Assembly (NCBI GenBank): GCA_030390025.1
Contig: CM059446.1
Coordinates: 25,420,001 to 25,484,000, forward strand
DNA from: Squalus acanthias
Lineage: Eukaryota
DNA length: 64,000 nucleotides
Direction of reading: 5' to 3'
Shown piece after piece: positions 12,003 to 24,300 of the stretch (positions are counted from its first letter, which is position 1; every line of letters begins with the position of its first letter). The position numbers and the translations under genes are program-made. The notes under the pieces were generated by a model. The model made no database searches. It saw only the letters and a list, made by a program, of their open reading frames with translations, and was not told where the DNA came from.

Positions 12003-12176
12003 GAGGGTGAAATTGGTCTTGGGCAGTAGCACAAAATGGGCAGTAGCGAATTGCGGCCCGTTTTACACCCAGCCCGATTTTCTTTTCCATTGGCCAAGCA
12101 CAAAGGGCGAGGTGTTAAACAGGCACCGATTCTCTATCGCCCGTTTGCACTGCTACCCAAGACCAATTTCACCCCC
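12003..12176. mobile_element. Short palindromic MITE
   Basis: GGGTGAAATTGGTCTTGGG...CCCAAGACCAATTTCACCC inverted ends; same family as 63769-63955. Confidence 0.8.
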
Positions 12177-12204
12177 ACAGAATCTTGCTGCAAACAAGAA
12201 GGTA

Positions 12205-12305
12205 TATGGAGTTAGATCGCAGATCATCCATGATCTCATTGAATGGCGGAACAGTCTCGAGGGGCTCAATGGCCCACTCCTGTTCTTATGTTCCTACGTT
12301 CCTAA
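12205..12305 (+). mobile_element. CR1 3'UTR/tail remnant
   Basis: GATCTCATTGAATGGCGGAACAGTCTCGAGGGGCTCAATGGCC...TTCTTATGTTCCTA. Confidence 0.7.
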
Positions 12306-13124
12306 GAGGCAAAAGGCCTCCAGAAACAATAACCGATTTATCGACAGCTGGACTCAACATTCCTTCCCACAAGTGTAGAAACCCTACAACCGGTTGCTCG
12401 CTGGCTGTTAACCCCTCGGCTTCTCTCAGCAGCTCCAGATTCAAGGGGAAACTGCTTTGATGTGTCAGGTTTGACCCCCAAAGTCATTCCCACACTCACC
12501 CGAAGTGCCCTGAGCAGCTGAGGCCTCCCGGCATTGTTAAACCAGCCACTCGGGTTTATATTATCCATGAGTGTTACAGTGTGAATGTTTAGATCATCAT
12601 TGAATTATCTACTTCTCCAAACCCTGAACAAGGCAGTGGTTCTTTTTTCCCAGTTTTTTCCTCTTCTCTCCTCCTTTACTGTTGCTGGCGTGCGACATAG
12701 CTGCCTCCATATACCTGTGCCCTATAACCTTAATGCACAAATCTGCTTCCATATAACTGTGTTCACATGCCTGTGTCTGTATACCTGCATCCATATACTT
12801 GCAACCATACGCTTCATCCATACACTTGCATCCACATTCCTGCATCTAAATACCTTTGTCCATATACCTTCATCCATGTATCTGGATCCTCATACATTGC
12901 TAGATAGATATTAGCAAAATGAAGCATGGAGGATTGTTCCCTACCCTAGCCCAGGGTCACTGAAGCTAACTGCAACACCCCAAGTACTGAAATCCAGATA
13001 CTGAGCTCAGGACTTTCAGCTCTGTATAATTTAGAGCACTCGGTGCATTTCCTCACTGAGTGATCTTAGAGCGTGGTAGTTCTAATGGAAAACAATGAAT
13101 TAGTGAGCAAGAAGGCATTCCAGT

Positions 13125-13840
13125 GGGTGTGCATGTGTGTTCGTGTGTCAGTGTGTATATATTCCCATGTGTGTGCATCCTTGGGTGGCTCTGTGTCACT
13201 GTATGTGCGTGTGCATGTGTTTGTTCCTGTGTGTATATATGTGTGTCCCTGAGAGAGTGAGACAGTGTATGTGTGTCCATGTGGGTATACATAAATGTGC
13301 CTGTCTGAATGTGTGCATCTATGTGCATGAGTATGCATCCATGCATGCATGTGTGTGTCAAGTGTGTCTCATTTATGAATATGTACATGTATGTGCATTT
13401 GCATGTGAGTGTGTCTACACCATGTTTACATACATGCATGTATGACTGTGTCTGCACACATGTGTGTTCAGACATGCACGCATGACTGAGTTTGCAAGTA
13501 TAGCTAGATTCAATGAGTGCGCGGATGTGTGTGTGCATATGTAAGTATGCACTCCTGCTTGGGAGCATGGGTGTGTGCATGTATGTGTCTGTATGAGTGA
13601 GAACATGTGCAGGCCTGTGAATATGTGCACATCACTGTGTGTGAATGTATAAATCGGCATGCCTTTGTGCATGGGTGTGTGCATGTGCACGCACGTGTGC
13701 ACTTGTTGGCATGCATATGGCATGTGGGCGTGCATGAATTTATGTGTGCCTCTGTATATGCATTTGCATTCTTATGGATGTATGTGTGTGTGCGCCTGTG
13801 TGTGAGTGTGTTTGTGTCTGTGTGTGACCACCTGTGTACA
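13125..13840. repeat. Degenerate (TG/CA)-rich simple repeat
   Basis: Alternating purine-pyrimidine tract; source of spurious His/Thr- and Cys/Val-rich ORFs. Confidence 0.9.
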
Positions 13841-14051
13841 TAGGAGTCAGAGTTTGCGTCAGTTTCAGCAGTCAGCTCCCACTCATGCACAGACAGTTTC
13901 TGGCAGTGTATTTCCCCCACCACCCAGATACAGACACCTTCCCATTCTTTAGTACTCGTTTGGGTTGCCAATTGTGACAAAGCTCAACTTTCTGAATTTG
14001 AAACAGCCTTTCTGCATTTTACAGGCATGACTGTGGTTTCCATGCAGTCAC

Positions 14052-14450
14052 AGATTCATAGAATGATGCAGCACAGAAGGAGGCCATTCAGCCCATCGTG
14101 CCTGTACTGTCTCTTTGAAAGAGCTCTCCAATTAACCCCACTCCCCCCTGCTCTTTCCCCATAGCCCTGCAAATTTCTCTTTTTCAAGTATATATTCAAT
14201 TCCCTTTTGAAAGTTACTATTGAATCTGCTTCCACCACCCTTTCAGGCAGTGCATTCCAGACCATAACAACTCGCTGCATAAAAAAATCTCCTCATCTCC
14301 CCTCTGGTTCTTTTGCCAATTACCTTAAATCTGTGTCCTCTGATTACTGACCCTCCTGCCAGTGGAAACAGTTTCTCCTTATTTACTCTATGAAAACCCT
14401 TCATAATTTTTGAACACTCCTATTAAATCTCCCCTTAACTTTCCCTGCTC
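14052..14450 (-). mobile_element. CR1 3' fragment
   Basis: QRVVMVWNALPERVVEADSIVTFKRELNIYLK; same subfamily as 52980-53515. Confidence 0.85.
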
Positions 14451-14945
14451 TCAGCAGACAGTACAAAGGAACTATACTGTATAATATGTACATGTGGCTG
14501 GATTTCCTTGTGTGCTTCTGTTAAGCATTGAGTGACAGTGTCACTTACTCCTGCTGGCCGCACACAGCACAGAAGCTGTGCTTTCAGCATCATTACAGAA
14601 CAGACAGCCTTGCTCAACCAGAGACATCTGTGGTGAAAAATGTGTGTTATCTTTTAAGACTGTAACCTTAAGAGTGCACTGTCAAAACTCACACATGAAT
14701 AATGGCCACTTGGGCATGGTACTAAAGGCTGACTACTACTCTTGGAGGGAGTCAAGTCCTTCAGGAGCGGTGGGGAGAAAGATGGAAAGCTAATCTCAGC
14801 GAGGGCGGTCGGGTGCTACAGCTAGCCTCAAAGAACCCAGATTAAGGACTCAATGCTCAATGTGTCCAACCAATGCAGAGAATCAATCAACAAAGCGAAT
14901 AGAATATTGAACTCCGTGGCCAAAACAGGTCGGAGGAAGTCATGA

Positions 14946-15690
14946 TCAAATTGCACTGGTCCAGTTCTGGTCACCAAGCCTCAATGGAGACATACAAGCA
15001 GTGAGAACAGTGCAGAAAAGAGCCATGAGGCTGATCCTTAAGGGCCGATTATAACTCTCCCTGCCCTGTGGGAGTGGTGCAGGCGGGGGATAAGATGGCA
15101 GTGGGGTTCTGCACCGCATTCCCAATGCATTCCCGCCCCCGCCCCCACCCCCACCCCCCCCGCAAACCATTTTACTTCAGGCATGGGAAGGCCGCCCGTC
15201 CCAGAGGAGCGGGGTCCTCATTTAAATAGCAATGTCACGTCCCAATGCGGTCATCGGGACGCGCACGCCATTTTAACCGCAGACCCGTCTACGTCCCCAT
15301 GGTCTCCGGCCAGCAAAGGATCCAGGCCACAGGAGGCCCAGGGAAATGCTGTTGTTTTGGATTTTTACAGGGGTGAGCCAGAAGGAGCAGGAATGCTCTC
15401 GGCCTTATGGAGGTTATAAATAGGTAAGGGAATTGACTAAATTAATCCAGAATATTACTTTAAACTGAACTGTCGGAGTAGATTAAGGGGTCGCAGATTC
15501 AAGCTGGAACTGATATCAGGAGGTTCTTCTTCACACCGGGAATGATGAGCACTTGGAATGAATTCTTAGATTGGGGGGGTGGAGTTGAAAACCCTGGAAT
15601 TATTTAAGAGACTATTAGCTGTAGCAATGGGGTAGGTTTTAAGGTTGTCCCACATGGATGAATTAAGGTGAATCCAGTGGCCTTTCTTAT
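14946..15690 (+). mobile_element. Old CR1 fragment interrupted by a GC-rich element (about 15040-15405)
   Basis: VQFWSP...VQKRAMRLI remnant before the GC-rich block and RGRRFKL...FFT remnant after it. Confidence 0.55.
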
Positions 15691-15697
15691 CCTTATC

Positions 15698-16712
15698 TCA
15701 GCCCCAGGACATCACTGCAGGAGTTCCTCAGGGCAGTGTCCTCGGCCCAACCAGCTACAGCTGCTTCATCAATGACCTTCCCTCCATCATAAGGTCAGAA
15801 GTGGAGATGTTCGCTGATGATTGCACAGTGTTCAGTTCCATTCACCACAACTCAGATAATGAAGCAGTCCATGCCCGCATGCAGCAAGACCTGGACAACA
15901 TTCAGGCTTGGGCTGATAAGTGGCAAGTAATATATGCGTCACACAAGTGCCAGGCAATGACCATCTCCAACAAAAGAAAGTCTAACTACCTCCCCTTGAC
16001 ATTCAACTGCATTACCATTGTCAAATCACCCACCATCAACATCCTGGGGGTCACCATTGACCAGAAATGTAACTGGACCAGCCACAATAATACTGTGGCT
16101 ACAAGAGCAGATCAGAGGCTGGGTATTCTGTGGCGAGTGTCTCACCTCCTGACTCCCCAAAGCCTTCCCACAATCTACAAGGCACAAGTAAGGAGTGTGA
16201 TGGAATACGCGCTACTTGCCTGGATGAGTGTAACTCCAACAACACTCAAGAAGCTCGACACCATCCAGGACAAAGCAACCCACTTGATTGGCACCCCATC
16301 GACCACTTAAACATTCACTCCCTCCACCACCAGTGCGCCATGGCTGCAGTGTGTACCATCTACAAGATGCACTGCAGCAACTCGCCAAGGCTTCTTCGGC
16401 AGCACCTCCCAAACCCACGACCTTTGCCATCTAGAAGGACAAGGGCAGCAGGCGCATGGAACACCACCACCTCCAAGTTCCCCTCCAAGTCACACACCAT
16501 CCTGACTTGGAAGTATATATCGCCGATCCTTCATTGTCGCTGGGTCAAAATCCTGGAACTCCCTCCCTAACAGCACTGTGGGCATACCTTCACCACACGG
16601 ACTGCAGCAGTTCAAGAAGGCGGCTCACCACCACCTTCTCGAGGGCAATTAGGGATGGGCAATAAATGTTGGCCTTTCCAGCGATGCCCACATCCTGCGA
16701 ATGAATAAAAAT
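15698..16712 (+). mobile_element. 5'-truncated CR1-clade LINE (RT C-terminal half plus 3'UTR), frameshifted
   Basis: [22 protein letters not shown] and YKAQVRSVMEY motifs; ends GAATGAATAAAA. Confidence 0.9.
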
Positions 16713-17149
16713 AATCCACGTGATCTTGAATTGCCAAGATCGCTGTGGGCTAACTGTGCTGACATGTGGCCTTAGCATAAATATGCCAGGCAAAGAACAC
16801 AAAATATATCAGTGTCAACATTTCTATATGTTCGACACTCCCTTTATGAAAAAGCACTCTGGTCCCCTCCCTCTCCCAGTTCCCGCTGGTACACTTCTCT
16901 CCCAGTTCTTGCTGACAGTCTCCTCCTCTCCCCCATCGAACCCCCCACATGTAAGAGAACAGTATAGGTTTACTTGCTTACTGATACTTTTTCCCTTCAG
17001 TTAAACACCCATCTCTCTGGTGAAATGTCTTGCCTTTGCTCAGTGATCCCTACAGGAACTTATCTTCTGGGAAATCATCACAGTTCCTAGCACCTATCCG
17101 AGGCTGCTGCTCCAAGAGAAGGGAACTCTGCTGGGGAAATACCTTAGAT

Positions 17150-17278
17150 TACGACAGTGACTACAACTCACAAGTACTTCATTGGCTGCAAAGCGTTTTA
17201 GGACATTCTATGGTCATGAAAGGTGTTATATAAGTGCAAGTCTTTCTTTCTTTCTTTCCTTCTTTCTTTCTTTCTATC
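17150..17278 (+). mobile_element. SINE 3' tail remnant with (TTTC)n
   Basis: AAGTACTTCATTGGCTGCAAAGCG...TATAAGTGCAAGTCTTTCTTTC, as in the 5191 SINE. Confidence 0.7.
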
Positions 17279-18389
17279 ATACGAAATTCCATCCACAGCT
17301 ACATTCACTCCACAGTGCAGCTTTGGCACCAGGTAGGAGTTGGGAGTAGTGTTGGCTTTCATCCACAACTGCGGAGGGTTGGCATATATGAAGTTGTATG
17401 ATTCGGAGCTTATAGTTTTTGATTCAGAGGATCAATACAAATATTATGGGGGAAAGGGGGGAAAGAAATTGGATCCAAAACGAGACTGATCAAAGAGTGG
17501 GTACAAACCAACGAGCAAGCATGAACACAGTAGCTCAGGGAGGTATATTGGCATGAGCTATCACAACAGGCAGTCAGAGGTTCAAAAATAAAGTGGTCAC
17601 AAATCTACATTATGGTGCAATAGCAGTTAGGCATAAGGAGCTAGAAATTCCTGGCATCTGGCAACATAAAGTTATTTTGGCAGGCAAGGAAGGAAGTTGG
17701 GGCGGGGCCCAATTACACCAGATCTCCACCTCTCTTTTGCCCCGGTGCCTATTCTGACAGAAGTAGGGGAGAATGTTTCAATACACCTGCCCCCTCTTTG
17801 GTGACACTTTACATATTCCTGGTCTAGGATGTTGCACCAAAACATTGTCCCTAATTTGGAACTACACAGACTTGCAGGCAAAACCTGGAGGCCAAATGCA
17901 GGTGACAGAGGTTCCTGAGAGAGAAGTGGAGGCAGTCCTCCAAAGATGCGTTGGCTGACCTCAAAATGATTGGGGGTTCATTATCCCCGATACCCCCACT
18001 GGCTCCACCACTGGATAAATAGAAGGTTCTGCATGCAAGAAGAAAAAATGGGCAACATAATGGATGGTGCTGAAATAGCTACGGGTGAAGTTGAAAGATC
18101 TAGGCTGGGAGTATGAGTAGACTTGATGCTTAACATCGCCAATGTTGATCTATATAGCAAAAGCCGTTGAGTACAAATCAGAGTAAGCTATGCTTAACCT
18201 GTCCACTGCTCTGGTCAGCTGACACCTTGTGCAATGAGGCCATGCCAAATGAAGCAAAGAAAGTTGTTTTAAATTGGGGGTGCATTGTGCCCTATTATTA
18301 ACACTGGAAGAGCAGACGCTCTCCCTAAGTTGGCATGTATGTAAACTGGCATTTAGTAAGCAGTGTCAAGTAGTTTATTTATAGAAAAA

Positions 18390-19560
18390 TGGATCCCACT
18401 GAATTAGTTACAGATTGGAACCTAATCAAAGGATTCACATGGGTTATGCATTGAATAATGAATCCTTTGGAGTTAGTTACAAACTGAAATCTAATCAAGG
18501 GGTTCAGTTGCCTTTTGCATAGAATAATATATTCCTGCAAATTACAGGCTGGAATGCTTATGCTTTGCTGAAATTGTCATCACAACATTTCATGCTGTGG
18601 TCCACATTTGTCAGTGCAGCTCTGTAGCACCCAAGCACTGCATCACTGAGGAGAGGTTTGTGATTTTGCTGCAATGAGCAGCCTGAAATAGTAACATATG
18701 TCACACATGGGCTTTATAACATGGGGTGACGGTGGTAGCAGCAAAAAATCTCTAGTGTTTTCAGTGCTTAAACACATAAAAACTGGAGGACTAGATGGTC
18801 CAGTGGGTCAGAAAAGCCTTGTAGGATCTGGGTTGAACTAGGTCAGATAGATAGGATGAACATCTTCTGTGCCTGGTAACTGTGAGTGCCCTGCAAGCAA
18901 TGATCTTGGACTGTCTGAATCCAGTTCAAGTCCAACCTTTACTTTGGCACTAAATTGGACAATTTAGCCAATCTACTCGGGAACATAAGGTCCATGTTTC
19001 AAGACTAGAATGTTACACCAAATCATTGCTCCTAATTTGATACCAATATGCCAATCTCACTCAGAGGCATTTGGTGTGGAAAATGGAAAAATGTGACTCT
19101 TGTGAAGTAAGTATGCTTTTCTACAATTTACAGTGAAATAATTATATGCCAATCATCTGAATGCCTCCATTAAGTTTACAGATTATAACTCACTCCCAGC
19201 TATCCATTCTCCATATCTAAATTATCTGAACCCCTTGTATCCATTATTCAATACACATAAACCATTTGAACGCTTTGATTAGGTTGCAGCCTGTATCTCA
19301 GTCCTGGGTATTCATTATTCTGTGATTTGGTGCTTCCATGAGGGTATCTGTGTTTGCAGAGACTGCAGGGCGGAGATAGGGCTGTAACATTGTAGCCTCA
19401 ATTCTCCAACAAATGGTCCCTATAAATGTAATTCATTAGTAGGAGCAGAATTACAGAATTAACCCTTTTATGTAAACCATCTAAACACCTTGATCTGTTA
19501 TTCTATATGTAATTGATCTGAACCCCTGGATTAGATTCCAGTTTGTATCTCACCCTCAGG
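18390..19560. repeat. Degenerate ~70-bp satellite-like units in two opposite orientations (18390-18560 on +, 19180-19560 on -)
   Basis: GTTACAAACTGAAATCTAATCAAGGGGTTCA (18477) versus TGAACCCCTGGATTAGATTCCAGTTTGTA (19519). Confidence 0.6.
18785..19085 (+). mobile_element. Possible LF-SINE-like ancient SINE
   Basis: GGAGGACTAGATGGTCCAGTGG head, internal TTGGCACTAAATTGG and GAGGCATTTGGTGTGG resemble the LF-SINE consensus as I recall it; not aligned. Confidence 0.45.
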
Positions 19561-19719
19561 TCCCCATTGCTCACTATATAAAGCATCTAGGCCCTATGAA
19601 TTGATTATGGCCTGCAGCTCAGGTATTTTGCTCTTTGAAAGAGCCAGCGTAAACTCGACGGGCCGAATGGCCTCCTTCTGTGCTGTACTTTATGATTCAA
19701 TATTTATTCAGATGAGAAG

Positions 19720-20030
19720 TTACACCAAGACCCCATCTGCCTGCTCAAGTGGGCGTAAAAAGTCCCATGGAGCTATTGAAAGAAGAACAGAGAGTTCTTT
19801 CTGTGTCCTGGATATCATTCCCTTTCAAACAACACATGCCACAAAAAGAGATTATCTGGTCATTCATTCATTTGCTGTCATTGGAATCTTGCTGTGCGTA
19901 AATCGCTGCCACATCTACCTACATAACAACAGTGGCTGCACTTTAAAAATAATTTATTGGTTGTGAAGCACTTTTGGACATCCTGAGGGTGTGAAAGTTG
20001 CTAGATATGTGCAAGTTCTTGCTTTATTTG
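19720..20030 (+). mobile_element. Diverged copy of the SacSINE1-like SINE, preceded by a CR1 tail (19620-19700)
   Basis: Colinear with 62950-63270. Confidence 0.7.
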
Positions 20031-20969
20031 TTCCTTATTCTATTTATTATCCATCTGGACCTTCTCCATCTTTAGTAAAATCCAACCAGTAATTCACTCC
20101 CAGGGAGCCATTATTTTTCGGTATATAAGTTATACCGGTGCTAAACTCTGGAGCACTAGAGGCACGAATACTGAGCCATGGGCTCCGTACCCAGTTTACC
20201 CTGTTCATAGACAATTGTCCATTTTGCTACAGGTTAGACGTTCTTTCTCGTTCATCACTCACTCACACGTAAGTTCTTAATGAACAAAAGGGGGAAGTGA
20301 TGGACCAATGTCGGTGCCCTGCATTGAAAAGAGCACAATCTCTCATTAAAAATCTCGAATAAAAATTAACTCGGAGGAAAACAGATTCCATACGCCATGT
20401 CCTGTTCAACTGAAACTGGGTATCAGTGGCTGTTTAATCATTTAAAGTAAAGCATGCCGTTACGAACGTTCAGAAATGATTTCCTGTGAGATTGCTGGTC
20501 AAGTGTCCAGCTCTTGGCTCATCCTGCTCTCTCCCCCACAAAATACTCAGAGAAAACTTTGGCTGTATCACTGCACCGAATGCAATGATTTGTGCTATGA
20601 AACTGCTTATTTTTATATTCTTTTCAGTTTTATTACTCACTGTAGGAAATACAATGCTTGTTCCACAAAACTCCACATGCCTGCATAGCAATAAAACATT
20701 ATTGATGGGGTTTAGATAACTTGAGGAACGTGTGCAAAACAGTGAGACTTAGTCTAACTTTGCTTGTTTTACCTGGGGGGGGCGGGCAGATTTTTGCACC
20801 CCATCGTTACCTTGCCACCTCTCTTAATATGATACAGTGTTAGCTCCATTTAACTCGGCCTCAGCACCTCAGACATAGGGCCATGTCACCTTTATATTGC
20901 ACATGTTTTAACCAGAATATTTCAAAATATTAAACCTGCTAAAAAGGTCAATAAAGAGGTAGCATAAGC

Positions 20970-21300
20970 GAAATGTAACAGGATTTCAAAATTATGGAAG
21001 GTTTTGAAAGGGTCAGGAGTGAGTTTCACTGTTTGGTGAATCAGTAACAGAATCAGAATCGGTGAATCAGACTGTGCGTTATCACGAGGATGGGCAAGTT
21101 AGAGGGGGGGGTTTTTTGACCCAAAGGTTGATGAGAACGTGGAATAGTTTACCACAAGTGGCTATTTGCGGAATTGGATGGGTATGTGAAAAAGGATAAA
21201 TGATACAGAGAAAAGAAATGCGATTGGAGTCGAGCTGTTCAATTAAAGGGCTGGCAGAGAGAGCGCGCGCGATGGGCCAAGTGGTTTCCCTCTGGGCGGG
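20970..21300 (+). mobile_element. Old CR1 3' fragment; last obvious TE before the TE-poor domain
   Basis: FKIMEGFERV...FLTQRLMRTWNSLPQVA remnant, then GATGGGCCAAGTGG 3'UTR. Confidence 0.65.
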
Positions 21301-24300
21301 ATGTGCGCCGATTTGAGCTTTCTCTGCTTCACGCACGTCTGTACTTAAGGTTGTGCGGACTGTAAACGGTGTCTAATCCACGTGAAATACAGGCTCGCCG
21401 TTCTAAAGCTATAGAGGCCAATGATGAAAGTTTCACTTATTGGAACCACAATCCTATTAGAGAAGGGACGCTCCCATTGAAGTTAACGAAGCGGAAGAAT
21501 ACAAAAATTCAAAGAGGGGGTTGTAAAACCTACATGCAGGAACATTAACAGTCCCAATAACTTATAAAACATAAGTAATTTCATAGTAATAAAACATGAA
21601 CGCAATGAAATTCAACATAAAAAGAGCTTATTGCAGCCATATATTTCATCACCACGCATGGGACTACTTTGGACTATTTTTCCACAGTGTGGGACCCCAC
21701 GGTAAATGGACAGTTACTGGGCCCTCAGTTGCTATTCGGTTGCAACGATTGAAGTTAAACCTTGTTGCGAATTGTCAATCTCTGAATTTCCGAACCTGCA
21801 GTCCGCCACACTTTAAACTGCAAACAGTCAGTGGCATGGCAAACTCGGTACATTTGGTAAGATGTTGCACAGATTCCATTGAATATAAATCACTGATGGG
21901 TTTTCAAAGATACACAGATTTCATGAATATCTAACGCCAGCCTTTGCAAACTATGATTAATAAGGCAAATTTATAAATAATTTGAAGTGATTCTTGTTTT
22001 TAGAACTATGACTATTGTGATGAATGCACATGCCTTGTAGATAGATGACTGTTAAATCGGTTTAATTGGCTAGACTGTTATTCTAACCGATTTACCAAAG
22101 TTTTAAAAAAAAACACCTGAAAAGATATAAACAGCAGATGAAAATAACCTCCATATCGCATATATTTATACAGGCTTTCATTTGTTTGTGCTAAACATAG
22201 TAATCTTTTCTGTATATTTTTTTTACACGTAATATATATATTCTGTATATAATAACTGTGTGTATATGTGTGTGCGTGTGTGAAACAATATGCCCAAATA
22301 GTCATTACTAATAGAAGTATTAATTAATATTGTTATTACTTTTGGGTTTAAAACTCATACAGGTTTGATGTAAGCAGCACTTATCTCCATTTCTCTTTTT
22401 ACTGCTGTGCACATTCATTTAAATAGAACTGGCACCGAGCTGCTTCGCTGAGCCGTTTTCTACTGTAACACAGGCTACATGCGTGACATCTTCGGTTCTG
22501 GACCATAAAAAACTGCAGTAATCTACAATGTGTTGCATGCTTAAATAGCTGAGTGGCGTTTTTGCTGCTAATATTTCATGTCAGGCAGAATTTCAGTACA
22601 GTAACATGAAATCAATGACCTAGGCAGGACAATGTAATTAGCGATCATCGGAGATCCGCCATGAAATCCACACACACACACACACACAAAAGGATTATTG
22701 AATTAAATATGAGAAAACTTCAATTCTCATTTAAGTGTAAACGATTATGACAGGACGGCTCCAAACCACCCCCTCAATATCAACACATTACTTGCTGCTA
22801 AACTTGTAAATTAATAGAAATCACCTAGTCTTGAAAAGTTGATATAACGATTCGGGTTGAGAAAGGGAAAGTGGTCACTCTGCGATCAAATAATGAGCGC
22901 CTTAGCAGAAACGGAACAGCTGGCTAGAAGGGCGATGGGAGTTAATTTTTTTTTGAGGGGGAATTATTTATATATTTTTAAAAGCTTGGAGTGCAAAGAA
23001 GTAAGTTCGTTGTGCAAACAATATCTGTAGTACAGAATGCGTTGAACCCATTTGTATCGCGCAGTCTGGAAGTTCTAAAGTGCCAGCGAAACTCGGAAAC
23101 AAAATTATTCGTCTCTGAAAGGGAGAGAGCCCGTGAAGGATCAGAGGCTTCCTGTGACTGAAACTTTGCTGGAACTTCTGATGATAATATTGCAGTCCTT
23201 TCGGTCGCCGTTATAAAGGGAGGGGGACTTGTCATGATTTTATTTGTTCTCTCTCAGTATGCAAGCCTTAAAACAAGTGGAACGGTGACATGTAACTGTG
23301 TGAAGTTTTATCACTCTGCAATAGAGTGAGGACAAAATATTGTTTTCGATTTCTGGATGTCACTGGGGCAATAAAATCATTTAATTTTCCAGATTCCGTT
23401 AAACGAGTTCATGTGTTGAGATCTGGCGGTTCAGGCACTGTGGAGACCAGTCTCGCTGCCAAGAGTGAATGCAGCTGTCCTCTCCAAACTAGACGGGGAC
23501 CCATCAGCGAGCAATATCTAAATGCCAGTCACAACTCTCAGCCTCTCCCGCATTTTGTTCGGGGAATAATGTGTAGTACTAATAATACCTAACAAATGAA
23601 CACTTTGGGAAGTTCGCAAATGAGTTAGTACAAAATCAGCGATGGTTTTAATGAACACAATTCAATCGGTTGCCCCTGCGTTCAGTAATCCTCCCTATTT
23701 TATATAGTTTGCGATTTGTCCTTGTTAATGTAAACAGTCACACTCTTTCTGTGGGTTCCATTCACTTAACCAAGTCCAGCTGGGCTGCCCCACAATGTAA
23801 ATCATGTTCTAATAGATTGGCTATGAAATGTGTCTCTGTGATGTTATCTCTCTGAGTAGTGTGGAGCTGCGCAAGGTGTGTTCAGCTCATTCACCAATCG
23901 ATCGGTGCTGGACCACTCTATCCCGAGGTTCAAACAAGAGAAATGGAAGACAAAATACTGGAAATAAACGAGTTTCTTTTTACACAAGACAAGCCATATA
24001 GTTTGTACATGAACTCTAACACACCAGCCTAAGGAACTTCCTATCTCTGTGACTGTATGTATATTAGAATATCATATATATGCATTCCGCAATATGATAT
24101 AGAACTGTTAATGACCGGCTGGACTATCATTCTCTGTACAATGAACACATCGTTAACGCTGCCATTCCCTCCTTAACAGAACTCTTAGGAAATCAAAATT
24201 GGAAAGGACCTTGCGATCAATTACTGCAGGGCACGGCTGTTTTTGCCCATATATCTACATATTAAATGAATGAGGACATACGTGTGCTGTGTAACTAATT

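Noticed and set aside
13053-13980. His/Thr- and Cys/Val-rich ORFs up to 175 aa (also near 33.5, 39.5 and 63.5 kb)
   Set aside because: Translations of TG/CA simple repeats; open in many frames on both strands.
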